Shown here piece by piece: positions 57,780-64,000 of a stretch of DNA of 64,000 nt; within the stretch, counting starts at the first letter, position 1; the number at the start of each line of letters is the position of its first letter. Source of the stretch: Minisyncoccia bacterium (GTDB lineage Bacteria > Patescibacteriota > Minisyncoccia > Phycocordibacterales > Phycocordibacteraceae); NCBI GenBank assembly GCA_050011835.1, contig JBEKII010000004.1, positions 8,386 to 72,385 on the forward strand, written 5' to 3'. Position numbers and translations under genes: made by a program. The notes beneath the pieces are model-generated. The model had not been told where the DNA came from. It worked only from the letters and a program-made list of their open reading frames with translations, and made no database searches.

Positions 57780-59501
57780 CTATACCAAGCGGATATTAAG
57801 AAGTCGCAGGCGCGGATTTCCTCGACCGAACGTATCACGCTCGAGATGCGCGAGAATGTCCGCGCGGCGTCCTCGCGTACCGTCGCTTATCGAGCGCGCG
57901 AGAGTTCCTTTTGCGAAAAAAGCTACCGCGTCAATGGCTTGTTCGCGCTCATCGGAAGAGCCAATTTTTAATTTGACATGTTCTTGTCCTTTCCCGAAGT
58001 GTGAAATCTCTCGCACGACAATTCCTCGCAACAAAAATATCGGCTTTGGATTCTGCACGCCAAACGGCGCGAGTTTTTCCATCTTCGTAAGAAAGGATGG
58101 ATGCAGTTCTTTCGGCGCAACTTCGGCATCAGCGTGCATCTCGAGCGTATCGGCGGCATCCGTACCGATGCGTGTGTACGCCTCAACTAGTCTATCTTCA
58201 AGAAAAAATATTGCGTCGTCTCTGACGGTAAAACCGCCCGCCTTCGAGTGGCCGCCAAATTCAACGAATGTTTTTTCTGTCGCGCGCATAAGCTCAAGCG
58301 CGTGCACGCTGCCGCCGCTCCGCACCGATCCTTTGATGCTCCCGTTTCCTTCCCGCCCCCAGAGGAACACGGGCCGTTCATATTCATCCGCAATGCCGCC
58401 CGCGACAAGGCCCAAAAGTGCCGGCCGCCACTGCGGATCCCCGAGCGCGATGACGGTTCGCACCTCGCCGCGTTCTCTCAAACGCGCACGCACAGCGCGC
58501 GTGAGAGCGCCCGCTTCGGCTTTCCGAGTCCGGTTCGCCTTCTCAAGCTTTGTAGCAAGCGAGCCGGCCTCGTTCTCGTCGGTGGTCGTGAAGAGGCGGA
58601 ACGCATCGCGCGCATCGCCCATGCGGCTTGCGGCGTTTATCCGGGGAGCGAGCATAAAGCCAATGTCATCTTCAGTGAGCGCGCGCTGGTCGGTCCGCAT
58701 CAGGCGACAGAGTTTTTGAAGGCCGATGCGCGGCGACTTGTGCAATACCATCAGTCCGTAGGTCGCGAGCACGCGATTCTCATTTATAAGCGGGACCATA
58801 TCCGCGATGGTTGCGAGCCCCACCATATCGAGGAGCCACTTTTCCCATCCCGTCGGCACTTTCTCACGCAGAGATGGCTCAATGGTGAGCGTTGCACGTA
58901 CGAGTTTCCACGCGATGCCCGCGCCGCAGAGCTCGCGGAAAGGATATTTCTCATCGACACGCGCATTCGGATTGACGACGGCGAACGCGTCGGGAAGTTT
59001 TTCTCCGGCGATGTGATGATCAGTGACAATAACCTCTATATCGAGTTCTTTTGCGCGCGCAATTGATTCGATATCGGTGATGCCAGAGTCCACCGTGACG
59101 ATAAGTTTTACCGCATTCTTTGCAAGCCCTTCAACGCCGTCGATGTTCATGCCATACCCTTCGTCATGTCGGTGCGGAATATAAATTTCAAAATTCGCGC
59201 CAACTTTTTTGAGAAAGTCGTGCAGGATAACGCTGCCCGGAATGCCGTCGCAGTCATAATCGCTCCAGATGGCAATCTTTTCTCCCGATCGGATTGCCGT
59301 AGCAAGCCGCTCGACGGCCCTTTTCATATCAGTCATTAAGAACGGATCGTATAAATGCTCTTCGTAGGAAGGATTGAGAAATTTCTCGGCTTCTTCTCTT
59401 GTCGAAATGCCGCGGCGCGCGAGAAGGGCGGCGGTGAGGTCATCGTATGCAATGAGTTCCGCGCGAAGCGTCTCGTCAAGCGGGTCGTGGAGCGGAAACA
59501 T
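57780..59501 (-). CDS. recJ: ssDNA exonuclease RecJ
   Basis: DYDCDG, EGYG, TVDSG, TDHH, PRINA.SR, GGH..AGG, PFG..NP.P. Confidence 0.95.
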   Translation of the reverse strand: MFPLHDPLDETLRAELIAYDDLTAALLARRGISTREEAEKFLNPSYEEHLYDPFLMTDMKRAVERLATAIRSGEKIAIWSDYDCDGIPGSVILHDFLKKVGANFEIYIPHRHDEGYGMNIDGVEGLAKNAVKLIVTVDSGITDIESIARAKELDIEVIVTDHHIAGEKLPDAFAVVNPNARVDEKYPFRELCGAGIAWKLVRATLTIEPSLREKVPTGWEKWLLDMVGLATIADMVPLINENRVLATYGLMVLHKSPRIGLQKLCRLMRTDQRALTEDDIGFMLAPRINAASRMGDARDAFRLFTTTDENEAGSLATKLEKANRTRKAEAGALTRAVRARLRERGEVRTVIALGDPQWRPALLGLVAGGIADEYERPVFLWGREGNGSIKGSVRSGGSVHALELMRATEKTFVEFGGHSKAGGFTVRDDAIFFLEDRLVEAYTRIGTDAADTLEMHADAEVAPKELHPSFLTKMEKLAPFGVQNPKPIFLLRGIVVREISHFGKGQEHVKLKIGSSDEREQAIDAVAFFAKGTLARSISDGTRGRRADILAHLERDTFGRGNPRLRLLNIRLV

Positions 59502-59525
59502 GTGGCCTTATTGTATACTTGCCGC

Positions 59526-59936
59526 ATGGAAGACACTATTTTTATGAAAATCATTCGGCGCGAGGTTCCCGCCGAAATTGTGTATGAAGACGATGACACT
59601 CTCGCTTTTCTGGACATACAGCCGACTGCGCCCGGCCACACACTCGTCATTTCAAAGAAACCGGTCGAGAACATCTTTGATGTTGACGATGAAACGCTGG
59701 CCGCCGTGATGCGCACGGTTCGAAAGATCGCGCCTGCTGTGCGCGATGCGGTAGGCGCGCATGGTGTGCACGTCAATTCAAATCACGGAGCATCGGCCGG
59801 GCAAATCGTCAATCATCTTCACTTTCACATCATCCCGCGCCGTTCCCGCAGCGAGTTCTCTTTCTGGCCACAGAAGAATTATCCTTCCGGTGACGCCGCG
59901 ACAATCGCTGAGAAAATTCGTCAGGCGCTTAAATAA
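59526..59936 (+). CDS. HIT family protein
   Basis: IF.KII..E.P, AFLDI.P..PGH.LVI, HLHFHIIPR. Confidence 0.93.
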   Translation: MEDTIFMKIIRREVPAEIVYEDDDTLAFLDIQPTAPGHTLVISKKPVENIFDVDDETLAAVMRTVRKIAPAVRDAVGAHGVHVNSNHGASAGQIVNHLHFHIIPRRSRSEFSFWPQKNYPSGDAATIAEKIRQALK

Positions 59937-61021
59937 TTGTTGAGAGCTTCAATGCCCGGCAAGGTGCCATAGGCGAGGAAATCTAGCATTGCCCCGCCGC
60001 CAGTGGAAACGAAGGAGAAGCGAGACAAAAGGCCGAGATTTTCAATAGAAGCAATTGTATCGCCGCCACCAATGACTGAATGCGCGCTTGAGTCCGCGAC
60101 CGCATGCGCGAAGGCATCTGTCGCATCACTGAATCCATTTTCATAATTTCCTAGTGGGCCATTCCAAAGAATCGCCTTTGCTTTTTTTGCGAGGTCGTCG
60201 AGGAGTGCTATCGTGCCGGAACCGTGATCGAGAATCTTTTCGTCTTTGATAACAAAATCAACGGGCAGAACGAGTTTTGGATTGGCAAGAAATTTTTTGA
60301 GAATGTTCGGATCGGTATCTGAAATGAGCGATTTCCCCACGTCCCGCCCCGACGCTTTCAAAAAATCGTTGGCAAGTGCGCCTCCGACGAACACATGGTC
60401 ATATGTTGCGAGCAGTTTGGCGAGCACAGCTTCTTTTGTCGTGAATTTCGCTCCGCCGATAACGGCGAGTGCGGGGTGTTTTGGTGTAAGCGCGTGCGAC
60501 AATTCCCGCACCTCATCTTCAAGGAGAAATCCGGCATATGAAGGCAGCAATTCAGGAACGGTAACAATGGAGGCATGTGCCCGGTGACACGTATCGAAAC
60601 AATCCTCAACAAATATGTCGCCGAGCGCAGCGAGTTCCCGTGCGAAAGAGCGATCATTCGCCTGTTCGCCTTTATTGCGCCGCAGATTTTCAAGAACGAG
60701 AATCTGGCCTGGCGCGAGATTGTGAATCGCGCTGCGCACGCGCTCCCCGACACTTTCGCCGAAGAATGAGACACCGGAGATAATTTTTCCGAGTGCGCGC
60801 GCAACTGGCTCGAGCGTCTCGGTCCCCTGCTCTCCGATATGACTTATGAGTATAACTTTCGCGCCGCGCTCTGCGAGGAAGCGGATAGTCGGCACGGCGC
60901 GCCGCAAACGATAATCGTTCATAACCCCTCCCTTCTCGATCGGAACATTCATCGCTGCACGTACCAGTATCGGAATATTCTCATATAATCGTATGTCACT
61001 GATGCCGCGCATGCTATACAA
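59921..61021 (-). CDS. pgk: Phosphoglycerate kinase
   Basis: NVP, SHIG, LENLR, HRAHAS, GGAK, WNGP.G, GGGD, STGGGA. Confidence 0.95.
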   Translation of the reverse strand: MYSMRGISDIRLYENIPILVRAAMNVPIEKGGVMNDYRLRRAVPTIRFLAERGAKVILISHIGEQGTETLEPVARALGKIISGVSFFGESVGERVRSAIHNLAPGQILVLENLRRNKGEQANDRSFARELAALGDIFVEDCFDTCHRAHASIVTVPELLPSYAGFLLEDEVRELSHALTPKHPALAVIGGAKFTTKEAVLAKLLATYDHVFVGGALANDFLKASGRDVGKSLISDTDPNILKKFLANPKLVLPVDFVIKDEKILDHGSGTIALLDDLAKKAKAILWNGPLGNYENGFSDATDAFAHAVADSSAHSVIGGGDTIASIENLGLLSRFSFVSTGGGAMLDFLAYGTLPGIEALNNYLSA

Positions 61022-61757
61022 GCTGCTTTATGAGTAACGTGAATGTGTGCGGGTCAACTGATGCGTGCCCGACGAGGAACCCGTCAACGCCCGAAGTGGC
61101 GGCAATAGCGCGGATATTTTCCGGTTCAACCGAGCCGCCGTAGAGTATGAAAGAGCGCGTGGAATTTTTACCCGGCAAGAGCTCCGCGAGCACTTTGCGG
61201 ATGTAGAGCACCATTTCAGTAAGGTCATCCGGTCCGATGGCGAATGCGGCGGTTTTGCCGATAGCCCACAAAGGTTCATAGGCGACGATGACCTTCGTAC
61301 TTTCTTTGGACGCGAGCGGTGTAATCGCGGAGGTAAGTTCTTCGCGGATGACGGTAAGGTAGCGCCCCTCGCCGTCGCGTGCGCTCTCGCCGACACAGAG
61401 GATGGGCGTGAGCCCTTGGGCAAGCGCATGGGCGAGCTTCTGGGCAACGATCGCGTCGGTATCGCCCGCGGAGCGCCGTTCGGAATGTCCGATAATCGCA
61501 TATGTTGCGCCGGCGGCCGCGTATGCACGCGCAGTTACTTCGCCGGTTTCTGATCCCCCTGCTGTCGCGGAAACGTCTTGCGAAGCGAACGCGACCTCAG
61601 ATTTATTTTTTACGGCAAGTGCGCCGAGAAATGGCGCAGGTGGCGCAAGGACGATGTCACACCCGGTCTCGCGCGCCAGCCTCTTGCTTATCGCGAAAAG
61701 TTTTTTCGCTTTCGCATGTTCCTCTACATATGCTTTCCAATTGGCGACGATGAGCAT
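61014..61757 (-). CDS. tpiA: Triosephosphate isomerase
   Basis: ANWK, GHSERR, AYEPLWAIG, YGGSV, DGFLVG.AS. Confidence 0.96.
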   Translation of the reverse strand: MLIVANWKAYVEEHAKAKKLFAISKRLARETGCDIVLAPPAPFLGALAVKNKSEVAFASQDVSATAGGSETGEVTARAYAAAGATYAIIGHSERRSAGDTDAIVAQKLAHALAQGLTPILCVGESARDGEGRYLTVIREELTSAITPLASKESTKVIVAYEPLWAIGKTAAFAIGPDDLTEMVLYIRKVLAELLPGKNSTRSFILYGGSVEPENIRAIAATSGVDGFLVGHASVDPHTFTLLIKQLV

Positions 61758-61792
61758 GGGAATAGTATATCAGTCGCCGATTACTCATTTAT

Positions 61793-63214
61793 CTATTTTT
61801 GTTGCCAGTCGACAAATTGCCATTGAGTTGACGTGAAGGGAGTGAAAGGGGGCGGATTTGTTGAATTTTGCCGGTCAAAAGCGTCAATGCGCGTTTGATA
61901 ACCGCCGTCGGAACTTCCACATCCGTTTACCCACCGGGTACCGGTACGCAGGTTTGAAATCGTTGAGCCAAGAATAGTAAGCGTGCCGCGCGGCTCGTAA
62001 GGTCCCGGACAACTGTAGAGGTTACGTCCAAACGCGCCCGATTGCGCAACGAATATTCCGTCAAGTGTCATATTCTGTGGCGAATCGGGAGCGATGAGAA
62101 TATCGTTCGCGCTGATGACCGTGAGACCGTCGCTTCCGTCGGTTGCGGCGTAGGTAATATTGTTATGCAGGACCACGCTCGGTGTCACACCCGTCGTCGT
62201 CACATTTGCAGCAACCACAGTTATCTTGCCAGGAACAACACCTTCAATCCACGTATTGTCCTCTACGAAAATAAGGCCGCATTGCGCTGGTATAGGGAGC
62301 GTCTCGTAAAATGATTCTGCGTTGATAAGTGTGTAGTCAGTCGAGCTGTCAGTGGTATTAATGGGTTGGATGGAAAGCCCGGTGACTGACGTTACTTTGT
62401 TTATCGTGACTGTGCCGTTGCTATTGAAAATGAGGTGATAGCCAAGATTCGGATTCGCATTGTGACCGGAACTCGTGCTGTAGCGCGGCAGGTAAATGCC
62501 GTTTGCCTGCGCGGTCGCTTTCAGTGCGGTGAAATTTGATGCGATACCGCTAAAGTCAACTTGCGGCGTCGGATATACCCAGAGATTTTGGTTTGTGCCT
62601 GTTCCGACAACGCCCGGCGCGGAACGCTGCTCGGGCGAACAGCCGAAATCACTTGTGCAATCCCAGGTTGACAGCGAACTTGAAACGGGCGCGTTAGCGG
62701 TACCATCCATGCGTATACCGCCATTATCGTGATACGGACCGTTGATGATGCGGTCGGAACCGGCCCACACGCTGCTATTTACGATGTAGGAATAGGCCGC
62801 TACCGACGGTTCTGCGAAACGCGCGACAATTTTTGAAGAGACGCCGGGAGCGTCGTTGGGCACGCCCGTGCTCGTAACGCTCATCGATTGCACCGTGCCG
62901 CAGGCGCCATTACTGACGATAGAAAGAGAATAGGTGCCTGCCGTGCCATACTCCGGGTCGGCATACGTGGTTACATAGGGGCCACTATGCCCGGTTCCAT
63001 CGGTCGTATTGTCTGGGAAGTGCGAGAGAAACCATCGATAATATTCAATTCCGGCTTCTGCGATGGCGAACGCTTCGGACTGCTCCCGTGTGAGTTCCTG
63101 CAGATGATTTTGGGCGATGACAAAACCGGAGAGCGCGAGAAGCACGGTAAAAAATACTCCGCCAAAGACGAGGACGAGAAGCATAATCGATCCCTGACGA
63201 TAAAGTTTATTCAT
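61793..63214 (-). CDS. PilX-like minor pilin-associated protein
   Basis: QGS + hydrophobic helix, A..IAEAGIE. Confidence 0.7.
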   Translation of the reverse strand: MNKLYRQGSIMLLVLVFGGVFFTVLLALSGFVIAQNHLQELTREQSEAFAIAEAGIEYYRWFLSHFPDNTTDGTGHSGPYVTTYADPEYGTAGTYSLSIVSNGACGTVQSMSVTSTGVPNDAPGVSSKIVARFAEPSVAAYSYIVNSSVWAGSDRIINGPYHDNGGIRMDGTANAPVSSSLSTWDCTSDFGCSPEQRSAPGVVGTGTNQNLWVYPTPQVDFSGIASNFTALKATAQANGIYLPRYSTSSGHNANPNLGYHLIFNSNGTVTINKVTSVTGLSIQPINTTDSSTDYTLINAESFYETLPIPAQCGLIFVEDNTWIEGVVPGKITVVAANVTTTGVTPSVVLHNNITYAATDGSDGLTVISANDILIAPDSPQNMTLDGIFVAQSGAFGRNLYSCPGPYEPRGTLTILGSTISNLRTGTRWVNGCGSSDGGYQTRIDAFDRQNSTNPPPFTPFTSTQWQFVDWQQK

Positions 63215-63801
63215 AATTGATTCCGCAAGTTGCGCAACGTTGCCCCGCCCGAGAGCGTGAAAGCGACGGGTGCCCGGTTTACGTTTACGTCAACGACAAC
63301 CACAGTTTTGATTGAAGATATTTTTGAGATGTTTATCGGTGTGGAAAGCAGTGCCCCTGTATTGTCAAAATAGGAGAACATCGGCGTTGACGAGGCGTTT
63401 ATGACCGAGGTTGCGATGGTTGACGTTGCGATTGTGGCGCCGACATACGAAGGCGGATTGCCCGACGGTTCCGCAACGACGCGGTAGAGGGTTCCGTTTA
63501 TGAGGATATACGTTACACGCTCAATGACGAAATCGTTATTGACATTCGCATAGAAAGTAATTGACGATGTTGCGACGCTCGCGATTGGATACGATCCGTC
63601 ACTCCCATAGGATGCTTCGCGGAGGTATCGCATCGCATCTTCAACGCCTTGGCGCGCTTGTGCTACCGCGGTTGCCTGTTGGAGCGTGTAGGCGTTCGTT
63701 TTGTAGAAATAAGTCAGCAGTGAGCCGAGGGTAACAAAAATGAGCGCGGTTATCGCAACGACAACGATAGTTTCTATCAACGTGAAAGCATTCCTCGTCA
63801 T
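63211..63801 (-). CDS. Type IV minor pilin (prepilin N-terminal motif)
   Basis: NA|FTLIETIV motif; LRN C-terminus. Confidence 0.85.
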   Translation of the reverse strand: MTRNAFTLIETIVVVAITALIFVTLGSLLTYFYKTNAYTLQQATAVAQARQGVEDAMRYLREASYGSDGSYPIASVATSSITFYANVNNDFVIERVTYILINGTLYRVVAEPSGNPPSYVGATIATSTIATSVINASSTPMFSYFDNTGALLSTPINISKISSIKTVVVVDVNVNRAPVAFTLSGGATLRNLRNQL

Positions 63802-64000
63802 GGGAGGGTAAGAGTCGTTGTCGCCGTGTGTCCCGAGACGGCGATGCCGGAGAACACTTTTGTTGCGTGTCCGGTCGCAGAAACCGTTGCGCTATAACTG
63901 CCGCTTGAAAGCCCGTTGAAGTAAGCGAGACCACATGCGGAAGTTGGAATTGTCGCCGCGTAACCATTATTCGCCAGAATGACTTCTGCGTTCGCGATGG
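63798..64000 (-). CDS. Partial gene (3' end), beta-rich pilin-cluster protein
   Basis: Open frame ...GLAYFNGLSSGSYSATVSATGHATKVFSGIAVSGHTATTTLTLP*; stop overlaps the next ATG. Confidence 0.6.
   Translation of the reverse strand, partial: IANAEVILANNGYAATIPTSACGLAYFNGLSSGSYSATVSATGHATKVFSGIAVSGHTATTTLTLP

Noticed and set aside
63841-63960. Possible frameshift in the terminal partial gene
   Set aside because: On re-reading, the frame is open to the stop at 63798.

Overview
Chromosomal window from a CPR/Patescibacteria (Parcubacteria-like) bacterium; the lineage is inferred from gene content and apparent leaderless starts. It spans the dnaA-dnaN-rpmH-rnpA-yidC origin region, type IV pilus and VirB4/PrgI genes, ruvABC, polA, recJ, pgk/tpiA and six tRNA genes. 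A ~12.6 kb fermentative/Fe-S block holds a two-subunit NiFe hydrogenase, a 2-oxoacid:ferredoxin oxidoreductase, an ADP-forming acetate-CoA ligase and NifS/NifU. The main discovery is a complete diversity-generating retroelement (DGR, 10074-12839): a 117-bp TR/VR pair with 16 mismatches, all at TR adenines. It has three unusual features. (i) An in-frame (GA)16G microsatellite lies inside the RT gene upstream of the catalytic YTDD, a candidate phase-variation ON/OFF switch. (ii) avd is inverted and abuts the RT gene head-to-head with no gap (CAT|ATG). (iii) The DGR is the sole cargo of an integrase-less islet in tRNA-Arg(CCG) whose end motifs (GCTAGnGC) match, in the same register, those of a second islet in tRNA-Ser, suggesting a family of non-autonomous tRNA-targeting cassettes. 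All calls come from manual reading; no database searches were run.
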